The translations under genes and the position numbers were made by a program. From NCBI GenBank assembly GCA_951406725.2, contig OX597816.1:12214001-12278000 (forward strand): 64,000 nt of DNA. Reading direction: 5' to 3'. Positions 24,615-38,227 of the stretch are shown one piece after another; position 1 is the stretch's first letter; each line of letters begins with the position of its first letter. The stretch comes from Octopus vulgaris (lineage: Eukaryota). A model generated the notes under the pieces. The model was not told where the DNA came from, did no database searches, and saw only the letters and a list, made by a program, of their open reading frames with translations.

Positions 24615-25229
24615 AAACAGTATCAGATTAAGGGGGTGAGGTAGCAGATTTTTGTTCTCTACCCAAGATGTCTGTATGTATGTATGTCTGTATGTATGTA
24701 TGTCTGTATGTATGTATGTCTGTATGTATGTATGTCTGTATGTATGTATGTCTGTCTGTATGTATGTATGTATGTATGTCCATCTGATCTATGCAAGCAT
24801 GGAAATGTGGACATCAAAATGATGCTGGTTTATGTATAGAGAAAAACGAATGATTAACTGGTCTTTGAATAACACAATTACTTAATATACCGTGTTTAAT
24901 CTTGACTGTACATTGTATATTGATAACAAGTATCATTGAAATAATTTTGATTAGTGCAGTGATAGTTTCATAGAAAACATTACAGGGAAAGTCATTTTAT
25001 CATTTTAATATTATAATGTGAACTGCTGGCAGAATCGTTAGCATGCTGGGTGAAATGCTTAGCAGTATTTCTTCTGTCTTTACATTCTGAGTTCAAATTC
25101 TACCAAGGTCATCTTTGCCTTTCATTATCTTGGCGTCGATAAAATTAGTACTAGTTGAGTACTTGAGTCAATGTAATTGACTTAGCTTCACCCCAGAAAT
25201 TGCAGGCCTTATGCCTATTGTAGAAAGGA

Positions 25230-25510
25230 ATGATCGTTACCAGCACTGCCTTACTGGCACCTGTGCCGGTTGCATGTGTAAAAGATTCGAGTGAAGTCAT
25301 TGCCAGTACCGCCTGACTGGCCCCATGCCGGTGGCACGTAAAAGCATCCATTACACTCTCGGAGTGGTTGGTGTTTGGAAAGACATCCAGCTGTAGAAAC
25401 TCTGCCAGATCAAGATTGGAGCCTGGTGCAGCCATCTGGTTCGCCAGCCCTCACTCATTCGTCCAACCCATGCTAGCATGGAAAGCGGACGTTAAACGAT
25501 GATGATGATG
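25230..25510 (+). mobile_element. SINE-like family C
   Basis: Core and (gat)n tail. Confidence 0.85.
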
Positions 25511-25849
25511 AACTTCGGTAACCCTTGGTAGTAACTGTAACCATGAACAGGCACAGTGTTGTCTGCTTCTACGACTGCTGTTTGCTAATAGCGCTAGAAG
25601 AAAATGTTTGTAGGTTACAGAATAAATACTTCAGTTCTTCCAACTTTTATCTCAAGTTAATTTTATGACTAACTGTGTATATGAATCTTTTAAGTCCGTG
25701 GTATCACCTTGTTTCCAACACTCACGTTGGACTTTGACAATATTGCTCGAGTGTGATGTCTTTGTAAGGCCTCTGCTTTTGTGTCGTAATCGTGTACTTC
25801 ACTCTATGAAAATAATATGCAATTTATTCTCCGAATCCAATGATATGAG

Positions 25850-26430
25850 AATGAGAAGAAAAATGTGGGTGTTTAAGAAAAGGAAAATGTTAACTGTGAA
25901 TAATAAATTGGAAGTTATAAAGATGTGATTATCAGGGAAATAGATTCGTGTTAGAGAAATGATAAAGCTCTAGGTAAATAGGGTGAAAATCCATTTCAAC
26001 AAGAAATAGAAGGAATATTATGATTTATATAGCGTCTTTCTAAATGGAATATCACAACAACAAAATAGAATTCCTTGAAGTATCATGGCTATTAAAATGA
26101 AAGCTTTATATATCTTTGCTGCAATTAAAGAAAATATTACAAAAGAAGATGAGATTCTAGCAGGAACTGAAGAAATCTTTATTGTCAGTTAACGAGGAAT
26201 TAAAAACTTTAACAGGAATCCATAATGACTGTATAACACTTGCGGACAAAAATGTGCTGCAAAAATGTCCCAATGTCTTGAAAATAATCGAAGACGAAGG
26301 TTACGAAGATAAACAGATTATTTCTGTCGATAAAACAGATCTCTTCTAGAAAAAGTATCAACATAAATATTTTTGCCAAAGAAAGGAAAACCATAAGCTG
26401 GATTTTTAAGAGTGGTAAGACAACTTCACC
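25850..26430 (+). mobile_element. Tigger/pogo transposase fossil
   Basis: KKRKMLTVNNKLEVIK (HTH_psq-like), QQNRIP*SIMAIKMKALYIF (CENP-B HTH-like), IIEDEGYEDKQIISVDKTDLF*KK (compare GY...QIFNVDETGLFWKK); many stops. Confidence 0.82.
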
Positions 26431-26489
26431 GAGGGCCTGGGAACAGGGGGCAGTGGGGTGCAAATGCACGCTTGATATTTTACAGACAC

Positions 26490-27040
26490 TTTTTCGAGTA
26501 TGATCGTTACCAGCGTCGCCTTACTGGCACTTGTGCCTCGTGCTAGTAGGGTGCCAAGAGCACCATCCGAGCATAATCGTTGCCAGAGCAGCCAACTGGC
26601 TACCATGCCAGTGGCACGTAAAAGGGCGCCATTCGAGCATGATCATTACCAATGTCGCCTTACTGGCACCTGTGCTGGTGGCACGCAATAAGCACCATTC
26701 ATGCGTGGATAGTTTCCAGTTTCGTCTGTGACTGACTCCTTGTGCCGGTGGCATGTAAAAAGCACCATCCGAATGTGGTCAATTATAGCACCCCACCCCA
26801 ACCCGACTGGATCCTTTGCCGGTAGCACATAAAAAAGCACCTTCCGAATGTCACCGATGCTAGTGCTGTCTGACTGGCACCCGCTACACACTTGGAGTGG
26901 TTGGTGTTAGGAAAGGCATCCAGCTGTAGAAACATTGCCAGATCAGATTGGAGCCTGGTTCAGCCTCCTGGCTTCCCAGACCCCAGTCAAACCATCCAAC
27001 CCATGCCAGCATGGAAAGTGGACGTCAAACGACGATGATG
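26490..27040 (+). mobile_element. SINE-like family C with several internal repeat units
   Basis: Repeated gtggcacgtaaaa..caccattcgagc units, then core and tail. Confidence 0.85.
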
Positions 27041-27042
27041 AC

Positions 27043-27236
27043 ACAGACACACACACACATACTTATATATACAACGGGCTGCTTTCAGTTTCCATCTACC
27101 AAATCCACTCATAAGGCTTTGGTTGGCCCGAGGCTATAGCAAAAGACACTTGCCCAAGGCACCACGCAGTGGGACTGAACCCAGAACCATGTGGTTGGTA
27201 AGCAAGCTACTTACCACACAGCCACTCCTGCGCCTA
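27043..27236 (-). mobile_element. SINE family A, 5' half
   Basis: Reverse complement of the A head. Confidence 0.85.
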
Positions 27237-27809
27237 TAAAGAACAAAATATATTGGTTTGTTTATGTCCCAGTAACTAAGCAGTTAGGCAAAAGAGGATG
27301 GATTGAACTAGTTCCAAATTTAAATCAATAAGTACTGGAGGAGGGGTGTTCAACTAAACTTTTAAGTTGGTGCACCATCATGGGCGCAGTCCAATGACTG
27401 AAACATACAATAGATAAATATTCGTTTCACAATACTTTTGGATATTTTCATGTCAAATTATCAAAATATAAAAAATTAGACAAAGAAAGAAAATATTCGG
27501 TAAAGATGTAAAGAAATTTTCATCCATTTCAAAACTGCTTTATGATTCCTACATTGTCGTTAAGGTTTGGAAATGTTTCTACTATGACGTAATAATGGTC
27601 ATAAATTCTTAATAAAATACTAACATTATTCATTTTTTATTTCATATCATTAAAGCTTCAGTAGAGACTAACATTTCAATTATATAGGCCGTGTCATGTC
27701 TACTGTATTCAATAAAATTTTCAGATATTTGACCAACCGCTGATAAACTACACAGAGAGTTTATAAAAAGCAGACGGCATTTTAGTGTAGACAACCTATT
27801 TTCAAGAAG

Positions 27810-28175
27810 GTTGCCAGTGCCGCCTTGACTGGCTTCTGTGCCGGTGGCACGTAAAAAGCACTCACTACACTCATGGAGTTGTTGGCGTTAGGAAGGGCAT
27901 CCAGCTGTAGAAACTTTGCCAGATCAGACTGGAGCCTGGTGCAGTCTCCTGGCTTCCCAGATCCCGGTCAAACCATCCAACCCATGCAAGCACGGAAAAC
28001 GGACGTTAAACGATGATGAGGATGATGATGATATCAAAATCGTAATGACCTCAAAGGATGAAAGATAGAGCCAACCCTGGTGGAATTTGAACTCAAAATG
28101 TAAAAACAGATGAAATGCCGTTAAGTGTTTTACCTGGTATGCTAACGATTCTGCCAGCTCTCCACCCAACAGAGA
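27810..28175. mobile_element. SINE C (+) followed by SINE B 5' part (-)
   Basis: Family motifs. Confidence 0.8.
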
Positions 28176-28517
28176 AGTAATATTAATATTCAATTTCATC
28201 TGTCTTTACATTCTGAGTTCAAATCCCATCGATGTCGATTTTGCATTTCATCCTTTTGGGGTCGATAAAATAAAAACCAGTTGAATACTGGGGTTGATGT
28301 AATCAACTTACCCCTCTTCCCTGAAACTACTGGCCTTGTCCCAAAGTTTGGAATGAACATTGATACTCAATTTGAAGTTGGCATATGTACCTAAAATCAA
28401 AGATTGTTGTCTGATCAATGTTAATGGGAGATCTGAGTCACCATATATGTCTACATATCTATATATAAAATGATGGGAAGCTGAATATGATCCAGCAGTG
28501 CTATCAAAGCCACTCAC

Positions 28518-28580
28518 CTGATGATGTGCCGGTACACAGCAGCTGTAATTGTTTGATTTGGAAACCTCAGCAACCAACAG
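28518..28580 (-). CDS. candidate 63-bp exon (LLVAEVSKSNNYSCCVPAHHQ or the alternative open frame)
   Basis: Acceptor tttttgtgcattgctaacag|, consensus donor CAG|gtgagt; the opposite strand resembles a decayed hammerhead. Confidence 0.3.
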
Positions 28581-28748
28581 CTGTTAGCAATGCACAAAAA
28601 CAATTGCTGTGATTTGTAATTGAAGCCTGTTCGTTCCATCTAGTTTAATAAATTCTTATATATCTATAACCTTATGCATATATATTACATATACATACCT
28701 ACATATACGTGTATGTATATATGTATGTGTATATGTAAGCATGTATAC

Positions 28749-28957
28749 ATGCTGAAAAGTTCCTGGTTTTAGGGAAAAGAAAACAGAGGAACATCAGTTA
28801 ATTATGATTTTATTGAACATATTCTCCTCTCAGAGTCACATACTTATTGCTTTGGTCCATCATTTTTTTCTTACACCTGTAAGAAAATATGAAAGTTGGG
28901 CTTCCAACCAGGCCTTTCGTAACACCTTTACAACCAAGAACTTTCCAGCACTCCCTC

Positions 28958-28960
<3 letters not shown>
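28749..28960. mobile_element. mariner-type MITE
   Basis: TIRs tgctgaaaagttcctggtt / aaccaagaactttccagcactccctcgt. Confidence 0.8.
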
Positions 28961-28996
<36 letters not shown>

Positions 28997-29170
28997 TTAT
29001 GAGAGGTAATGGTGTCATTGAGACCCAAAGGTGTCAGCTAATGCTGAATAAGTGCTATAGATAGATATACCATAGTTAAGTTCCAAGTTCGGTGATTTTG
29101 CGAATAAGGAGTTCAACGTTGATCATTCGTCAGCGTGTGTATATAAAACATTTTTTTCTATGAATGAAAT

Positions 29171-29350
29171 AAAAACAAGGCTGAGTAGATTTTAGAACAT
29201 TTATAGATAGAATGCTTACAGCTGTTTCCAGGATATTTGTTATATCCCTTCGTCGGAGACGGTGTGAGAGGGAGATAATAAATATCCTGGAAACAGCTGT
29301 AAGACCTTCTATATATAAATGTTCTAAAATCTACTCAGCCTTGGTTTTTT
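29171..29350. mobile_element. fold-back element carrying a near-canonical type-I hammerhead
   Basis: About 80-bp inverted arms. Minus strand 29260..29213: GTCT-CCGACGA-A-GGGATAT-AACAA-ATATCCT-G-GAAAC-AGCT-GTA-AG. The right arm preserves GTA-AGAC. Confidence 0.8.
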
Positions 29351-29799
29351 TTTTATCTCATTACTCTTTTACTCTTTTACTTGTTTCAGTCATTTGACTG
29401 CGGCCATGCTGGAGCACCGCCTTTAAGAAAAAAAAGTTATATATATATTCATACACATGAATGTGTGTGTGTATTACATCGATAATGGCATGCACTGTTT
29501 TCTCTGAAGAATGAACGGATGTTCAAGATGGAGAAACATACCAATGGAAATATGTCCAGCTGTTAAAATATATAAGCAGAGAAAATAGGTCAGCAGGAAG
29601 ATGATTAAGTGTACGTGTGTGATAGCTGGACGAATGCTGCAGATTACTATTTCATTATTTCAGAGTTAATAATACCAAACCAAAACCAGGCTAGTTAAAA
29701 AAAAGCTTGAACAACGATAAGAACGCTGCAAAATCAATAACAATCCATCACGTGAACATAATCTGTTGCTAACTTTCTTCTTAACTAAATATTTTATAG

Positions 29800-29834
<35 letters not shown>

Positions 29835-30769
29835 GAAAAATGACAAGCCTCTGTTAATACTATCAATATTTCTGATTCAGTGCTCCGAGTGCTATTATTG
29901 GATATTGCAATATTTTCTTAACAGATATTTTGCTATGTTGTCAAATATTTTTGCTACGCATTCATAAATATTTTTGTGCTTTCCCCAGTTAAAATATCTT
30001 TTCCTTCTCTGAAAAACATAGCCTACAGTTTATCTTGGTGTCCTGAGGTTATATCACATAATACATACAGGCGTATACACTATATTTGTATCATGACATT
30101 ACTTTGCCTTCATTTGTCAGCAGTTATCTCCATATCTGCTTCTAGTTATATAAAACTCTTAACTACATTGGAAAAAAGAAAACCATTTCGGCAGTTTCAA
30201 TTTATAACAACTTTGGCGATGTCACACGTCTGTATAGAACATTTGTAGGCTTTGCTATTCAGCACAGCAAGTTATTCATTTCAAGAAGACTGCAAATGCT
30301 GGCCTGCTAGATTTATTAATAAGAAAACCCCCACTTAGAACCGTTTCCAAGCATTTACCATTCTCATTTCGCTCACAAGCAACCAGCAGATATCAGACGA
30401 CATCTGGACTTTCCACTTAGTATGCAGAATTACATCTTGAGAATTGTAGGATACAAAAGAATTGGGCAGCAGCTGCATTGAGGACGATAGATTTATCTTT
30501 ATCTTTTAATCTTTTTTTTTGTTTCAGTCATTAGACTGCGACCATGCTGGGGCAACACCTTGAAGACTTTTTAGTCATAAGAATCGAGCTTAGTTCTCGT
30601 TTTATAATTTGTTTTAAAGCCTGGTACCTATTCTATCAATCTCTTTTGCTGAACTTAGTTACGGGGACGTAAACACACCAACACCGGTTGTCAAACAGTG
30701 GTGGGAGACAAACACAGAAGAAAGACTCAAAGACACAAACACACAGAAGATGTTGATGCAAACAAGTAG

Positions 30770-30855
30770 GAATTTCAACCGTGTTTCATGGTCTCTTACC
30801 ACAACAGCTCCTTTATAGGATCCAGTTAGCTCAAGACATCATCAGGAGGAACCAC
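30770..30855 (-). ncRNA. hammerhead-like motif with long stem II (decayed)
   Basis: CTGATGA (30845..30839)-TGTCTT...AAGAGACCAT-GAAAC-ACG-GT-T; stem I weak. Confidence 0.4.
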
Positions 30856-31169
30856 GACCGGTTTTGGCCCCTACTCCTCTACTGTTTTGATGTGGCGGGG
30901 CCCCCACTTTCGGAGGTGTCTTCAGCTCTGGTGTTGGGTGCATGCCTTCTTTCTTCTTCTTTCTTCTGTTCCCTGGCCTCTTCGATGTAGAAGAAAGAAG
31001 AAGAAAAAATAGAGCTCAAAATATGAGTTTACGTATATTGTTATTAATATTTAACAAGTAACAGAGTGACTCAAAGTCTGATAAGTGCCAATGCACAGAA
31101 CTCTCAGAATTTGAGTCACTTCTGCTAAATATCAGAAGTAAGCAACGTTTTGAAACACAAAATGCATCA

Positions 31170-31760
31170 CAAGATATTTCAATAATGCGGTAATTTTATT
31201 CGTCAAAGAAAGTACCAATACAATCAACACATTTTTGCCAATGAGTTACAAGTTTATTTATTCTGGTAACATAAAAATCCGGAGTTCTGGAGCTGATGAA
31301 CTCTTTGAATGCTCTTTCAGCATCGTTTTGATTTTTGAACTCCTTCTCCCTTTTAAAATATCTTTTCCTTCTCTGAAAAACATTGCCTACAGTTTATCTC
31401 GGTGTCCTGAGGTTATATCACATAATACATACAGGTGTATACACTATATTTGTATCAAGGGGCTTGTAAAAGTGGTAGTTAATAGAAGAAAGGTTTGGGA
31501 AATAATATGGGTGAGGAAGAACTTTCTGGCTGAGTTCCCTCAACTTCTGGAGTGTCATTAGCGAAACGTGTGGTCGAACATTGTCATGAAGAACGATTGG
31601 CTCTCTTCTGTTGACCAGTCTGAGACAGAGGAATAGCAGTTTTTCATTCATTTTGGCAATTTCATGGTAATATGTTTCTGCCGTAATGATTTTTCCAGGT
31701 TTTAAGAAGTTATAGTGGATGAGTCCAGCAGTACACCACCAAGAAGCACCTTTCTTTTGG
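31170..31760 (-). mobile_element. mariner (Hsmar1/cecropia-like) transposase 3' fossil with a 105-bp foreign insert
   Basis: LVNRREPIVLHDNVRPHV..TLQKL..VLPHPYYFPNLSSINYHFYKPLD [insert 31353..31457] EKEFKNQNDAERAFKEFISSRTPDFYVTRINKLVTHWQKCVDCIGTFFDE*. Confidence 0.92.
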
Positions 31761-32110
31761 TTGTCTTTTCAGTAGTTTCTCTGGGAAGGGATACCTTGAC
31801 ATTGTTCCCCTCCCTTTTCATCATTTCTTGGAATCTTTCAATTCCCTCCAAACAGACATCTTCAAACTGCTGTCTCACCACCTTTGCAAAACTCCTCCTT
31901 TCTCTCTCTCTCTATCTATTTCGTATAGACATCTCACCAGCTCCCCCTCAGATGACAACAGGTCTGAGTAGCTAATTCCCTCCATTTTAACAGTGCTTCC
32001 CCCTTCAAAAAAGGCAAGGGGTGGGCAGTGTTAACAAAACTGCCATAAGGCAGCAGAAACAAGTGTCTTAAAACACAACAATTAATAACAAATACAACTT
32101 TGACTAACCT
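31760..32110 (-). mobile_element. possible LINE 5' UTR/ORF1 N-terminal remnant
   Basis: Minus frame RRSFAKVVRQQFEDVCLEGIERFQEMMKREG resembles the SY/FA.VV motif of LINE ORF1 proteins; short. Confidence 0.3.
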
Positions 32111-32513
32111 TTTGCACAAACAAAATTCCCGATCAACTCGGTCACGTATGACTGAAACAACAGTAAAAGAAATATCAATGTTATTTTATTGATGCATTTG
32201 GCTAACTCTATGTCTGCATTAACAGACAATTCCCCAAAAATGTATTAAAAAAATCAAAAAAACCTGTACAAATTCTTCATGGTTCAAAATGTTGCTTACT
32301 TTTCACTCAACTTCATTATATATATATGGCACATTCGTGCCAGTGGCACGTAAAAGCACCCTCTACACTCTCGGAGTGGTTGGTATTAGGAAGGGCATCC
32401 AGCTGTAGAAACTTTGCCAGATCAGATTGGAGCCTGGTGCAGCCTCTGGCTCACCAGTCCCCAGTCAAACCGCCCAACCTATACCAGCATGGAATGTGGA
32501 TGTTAAATGATGA

Positions 32514-32549
<36 letters not shown>

Positions 32550-32734
32550 TCCTCATCATTAACGTCTGTTTTCCATGCTGGCATGGATTGGATGGCTAGC
32601 CAGTAAGCTGCATCAGGTTCATATATATATATATATTGATAGAAATGGTAAGACAACAAAGGAATGAATGATACCTCGATATTATGTAAATAGAGAAATT
32701 CATCTGTAAATATAATTGTCACATATTATATTTA

Positions 32735-32824
<90 letters not shown>

Positions 32825-33144
32825 CATACACACACATGTCGGGCTTCTTTCAGTTTCTGTCTTCCAAATCCACTTACAAGGTTTGGCGTCCCGAGGCTAT
32901 AGTAGAAGACACTTGTGCAAGATGCCACGCAGTGGGAGTGAACCCGGAACCATGTGGTTGGGAAGCAAGCTCCTCACCACACAGCCATGCCAGCGTCTAA
33001 ATTCTATAAAATATTTCCCCGTGTAGAAGGTAACCAAAATTAATGAGGATAATCTTATAAATTATGCAATTAAAAATCAACCATAAAACTAAACTGTAAA
33101 AATTAAAATAATTCATTAAAAAACACATACAGATTCATTAGATG

Positions 33145-33160
33145 GTTAACATACATACAT

Positions 33161-33209
<49 letters not shown>

Positions 33210-33414
33210 CATACACATGTATACATATATAGATAGAGAGAGAAAGACATATATATATACATGTATACATATATATATATATATATATATATGCATATAT
33301 ACTCTCATACATATATGTGCATATGTAACACAAACACTCACACATATATAGACATATATTCATACATATATATGCATACATATATATATATATACATACA
33401 TACATACATATATA

Positions 33415-33452
<38 letters not shown>

Positions 33453-33726
33453 CATACATACATACATATATATCTGTATATATATATATATATATATATA
33501 CATACATACATACATATATATCTGTATATATATATATATATACATACATACATATATATCTGTATATATATATATATACATACATACATATATATCTGTA
33601 TATATATATATATATACATACATACATACATACATATATATCTGTATATATATATATATATACATACATACATACATACATATATATCTGTATATATATA
33701 TATATACATACATACATACATATATA

Positions 33727-33776
<50 letters not shown>

Positions 33777-33790
33777 CATACATATGTACA
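33145..33790. repeat. (TA)n/(TACA)n compound microsatellite with ~35-50-bp higher-order unit ending in tatctg
   Basis: Direct reading. Confidence 0.95.
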
Positions 33791-34157
33791 TGTGTGTTTG
33801 TGTATATATATTTCTCTCTGCGTATACATACATATTTCAGTCCATACACCCATAATCATAAATAACAACAAAAAAAAATAAGGAAACATTATCTGTAGAC
33901 ATAGACAAACAAACTTACAGACCGAACAGAATAAAATAAAGCAAAAGTAAGACAAAATTACATTCAATTACGTTAATTAAATTAATAGTATATTAGGTGT
34001 AGACATTACAAATATCAAAAAAACTAACGATATAATTTGGTACTCCATCATATTAAAGATAATGGATAACAACTAATCATATTAATAATAAATACTAAGG
34101 GGGAAATGTATTTAATGCGTACGTTGGTTTAAAAAATATGTTGATATGAAGGTGCAA

Positions 34158-35030
34158 GGATAGATAACATACACATAGGGGCATACAGTTACATGGGGAT
34201 ACATAACATACACATAGGGGCATACAGTTACACGGGGATACATAACATACACATAGGGGCATACAGTTACACGGGGACACATAACATACACATAGGGGCA
34301 TACAGTTACACGGGGACACATAACATACACATAGGGGCATACAGTTACGCGGGGATACATAACATACACATAGGGGCATACAGTTACACGGGGACACATA
34401 ACATACACATAGGGGCATACAGTTACACGGGGATACATAACATACACATAGGGGCATACAGTTACACGGGGATACATAACATACACATAGGGGCATACAG
34501 TTATGCGGGGATACATAACATACACATAGGGGCATACAGTTACACGGGGACACATAACATACACATAGGGGCATACAGTTACGCGGGGATACATAACATA
34601 CACATAGGGGCATACAGTTACACGGGTCACATAACATACACATAGGGGCATACAGTTACACGGGGACACATAACATACACATAGGGGCATACAGTTACAC
34701 GGGGATACATAACATACACATAGGGGCATACAGTTATGCGGGGATACATAACATACACATAGGGGCATACAGTTATGCGGGGATACATAACATACACATA
34801 GGGGCATACAGTTACACGGGGATACATAACATACACATAGGGGCATACAGTTACACGGGGATACATAACATACACATAGGGGCATACAGTTACACGGGTC
34901 ACATAACATACACATAGGGGCATACAGTTATGTGGGGATACATAACATACACATAGGGGCATACAGTTACACGGGGACACATAACATACACATAGGGGCA
35001 TACAGTTACACGGGGATACATAACATACAC
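34158..35030. repeat. 39-bp minisatellite, ~22 copies
   Basis: Unit acataacatacacataggggcatacagttacacggggat; two units carry a 1-bp deletion (cacgggtcac). Confidence 0.97.
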
Positions 35031-35409
35031 ACACAGAGACATAGTTACACACACATGCATACACATACATACATACATACCTACATGTAGACATACACAC
35101 ACATACATACATACATGCATACATAAACACTGATTGCTAAGTGATGGTGAGGACAAACACATGCACCTACGACTTACATACACACTCATGCACACATGCT
35201 CATACAGATTTACACATACACACACACACACATAAGTACACATGCATGTAGAGACTTACACATACACACACAGTTTCCATTTGCTTATTTTGTGAGATAG
35301 TTTCCACACCGCTCTCAAAACTGACCATTCTGTTGTCAAAGAAAGTGATGTAGAAATTTGAAATGAAGTAATTATGTCAGTCATTTTCTTTTTGTCTCTT
35401 CCTCTGGAA

Positions 35410-35832
35410 CAGGGCTCAATTAAGACCCTTAGAGGTCCTAAACACAAGATTTTTGTGGGCCCCCTTATATATAATTCAAAATATAAACAGGAATTAACCA
35501 TAGAATATTTTTTTATTATTTTTCAAAATGAAACAAAACCAATTGTACGATAGAAAATGATGCTTATTTTTGTATACTTCCATATTATTTATATTCGTAA
35601 AATTTTCTCCTCTTTTTAATAATTGCCAAGTGTTTCAACAGATCCTGACCATGACACCATAAACACTTTGAAATTATATCTCCAATCATATAAACTATTT
35701 CAAATATTATTTTAGCAAGAAGTTTAAAACGATTTCTTTTGTGCTGTAGACCATTTACCATTTCTGTGGTCCTCGCCTTCCCTTGATACCATAAGCACAT
35801 GTTTATTTTGCTTAATGGTTAATCCAGCGCTG
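35410..35832. mobile_element. hAT-type MITE with 8-bp TSD
   Basis: TIRs cagggctcaattaa / ttaatccagcgctg; TSD ctctggaa (35402..35409) / ctgtggaa (35833..35840). Confidence 0.82.
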
Positions 35833-36391
35833 CTGTGGAATAAGGAATAAAGTATTGCAGATGGAGACTAATATATTTGTGTGACGTCAAAATAACCGTC
35901 TTATTTATCCTGTCTCTCTTTAATCTTCCTGTGTCTCTACCTCTCTTCTCTCCTCTCTCTTCCTATTTCTCCCTGGGGTAATAGAATAATAGCTTCAGAT
36001 AGATGAGAGATGCATATGAAAAGCTAGACGTAGATAGAAAGAGATGGAATAGAGAATTAACGATGTTGACAACTGTATATTTGTGTGACGTCAAAAATGT
36101 TTTTCTTTTTCTTTCTGTCTCTCTTTAAACTCTTTTATCTTTCTATCTCCCATCTCTCTCTCTCACTCTCTTTCTCTCCTTTTCTCTAGAATGGTAAAGT
36201 TAAAAGAGTTGAGGAATGAATAACATATCGAAGGGAAAATGACTGATAATTTCGGTTGTTTGAAAACTGGATCAAAATGGACGCCTGACACTCGTAACAT
36301 TCTTTTGTATCATGTGAATGTAAATTTTCTTCCATCACTTCCACCAAACAGTCACAAATAAAACATTTTTTTATATCCACAGCCGATATAC

Positions 36392-37570
36392 ATTCTTTTC
36401 TAACATCGGCACAAGGCCCGAAATTTTTGGGGAGGGGGCCAGTCGCTTAGGTCGACCCTAGTATGCAACTGGTGCTTAATTTATCGACCCCGAAAGGATG
36501 AAAGGCAAAGTTGACCCCGGCAGAATTTGAACTCAGAATGTAAAAACAGAGGAAATACTCTTTTCTAATCTAAGCACAAGACCCAAAGTTTTAGGGGAGG
36601 GGGCCAGTCAATTAGATCAACCCCAGTAAGCAACTGGAACTTAATTTATCGACCCTGACGAAATACCTATTTCTTTACTACCCACAAGGGGCCAAACACA
36701 GAGAGGACAAACAAGGACAGACAAACGGATTAAGTTGATTAAATCGACCCCAGTGCATAACTGGTACTTATTTAATCGAACCCGAAAGGATAAAAGGCAA
36801 AGTCAACCTCGGCGGAATTTGAATGCAGAACGTAACGGCAGACGAAATACAGCTAAGCATTTCACCTGGTATGCTAACGTTTCTGCCAGCTTGCTGATTT
36901 AACATATAAAAAATACAAAATTCCCTAATGCGTAAGATTGGACAATAAATGAAGACATTGCAGTAATTGTAAAAGCAAAATGTTTGTCATTAAATCATTT
37001 AAAATATCAAATATAAAGCACGGCTTTGGCAGAAGTCTGCAGGTAAAGAGATAATGGGATACTAAATCTTGATAATACATGAAATAATAATTCTTTCAAT
37101 TGAAGGAACGAGTCCTTGAAATTTTGGGGGGAGGTGACTAGTTGATTACATCGACCCCAGTGTTTCACTGGTTCTTAGTTTATCGACCCCGAAACGATGA
37201 AAGGCGAAGATGACCTTGGTGGAATTTGAACTTAGAACATAAAGACAGACGAAATGCCACTAAGCATTTTGCCCGGCATGCTACCGTTTCTGCCAGCTCA
37301 CTGCCTTGCTGTTGATATTTATTAACACAATGTTTATTTTTTTATTGCCCACAAGGGGCTAAATATAGAGGGGACAAACAAGGACAGACAAAGGGATTAA
37401 GTAGATTACATCGACCCCAGTGCATAACTGGTACTTATTTAATCGACCCTGAAATGATGAAAGGCAAAGTTGACCTCGGTGGAATTTGAACTCAGAACGT
37501 AAAGACAGACAAAATACCGCTAAACATTTCGTCCGGCGTACTAACATTTCTGCCAGCTCGCTGCCTGGCA
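36392..37570 (-). mobile_element. cluster of about five same-orientation SINE B copies (B1 and B2 tails)
   Basis: Repeated atcgaccccgaaaggatgaaaggcaaagt core. Confidence 0.88.
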
Positions 37571-38127
37571 GTCAATTTTAATTAACACAATATTAGTCTC
37601 TAAATTACTTACGATGTATATTTAGGTGCATTCCAAGAATCATCCATCAATCCATCTACATACATATACACATATAAATGTATATATGTGTGTATATATA
37701 TATGTATGTATATATTATATAAAAGTAATTGGACGAGTTCAAAAAAGAGCTATTATGGATTACTACAAAGGATTTTACCATGGATTTATATTTTTTCAAA
37801 ATGTTTAATCCTAGTTTATATCAATACACATCCATACCAATAACGTTTTAAACAACACCTTTATCATGCGATTTTAAATAGCATCTCTCTCATTTGATTG
37901 ACTACACGGAAATTCATCCTTTCCCTGACGAGTTGGATGTATGACCTAATAATGATTAGCAATTTTGGATTTCATTTTGAAAGATAATACATACATGAAA
38001 CGATCATAAGATATCTCAAAGCTTTTTAAATAATCATACGTTATATATTTATCTATTAAGACAATATTATTTATATTATAGACATATATCTTATGTGATT
38101 CTTTGATGTTATTTGATGTCACTTTAT

Positions 38128-38227
38128 AATCGAAACGTAAAAGTCTTTCTCACTTCCTGAGTGTTAAACTAATACATCTGTTTGTTGCTTACACACCTGT
38201 CTTCGTCTATTGATTTGTTGTAAATTC

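Noticed and set aside
24168-24644. 22-aa repeat ORF
   Set aside because: Tandem SINE-C internal units; no spacer diversity and no protein homology.
32702-32739. 15-bp hairpin as a terminator
   Set aside because: Eukaryotic context and AT-rich; more likely a small fold-back remnant of a repeat.
34095-35243. Cys-rich 13-aa repeat proteins, or a CRISPR-like array
   Set aside because: Pure 39-bp tandem repeat with no unique spacers, open in several frames, and no cas genes.
37925-38006. CTGACGA...GAAACGATC hammerhead
   Set aside because: Five unpaired bases before stem II, pairing comes from low-complexity ATGTATG, and no stem I.
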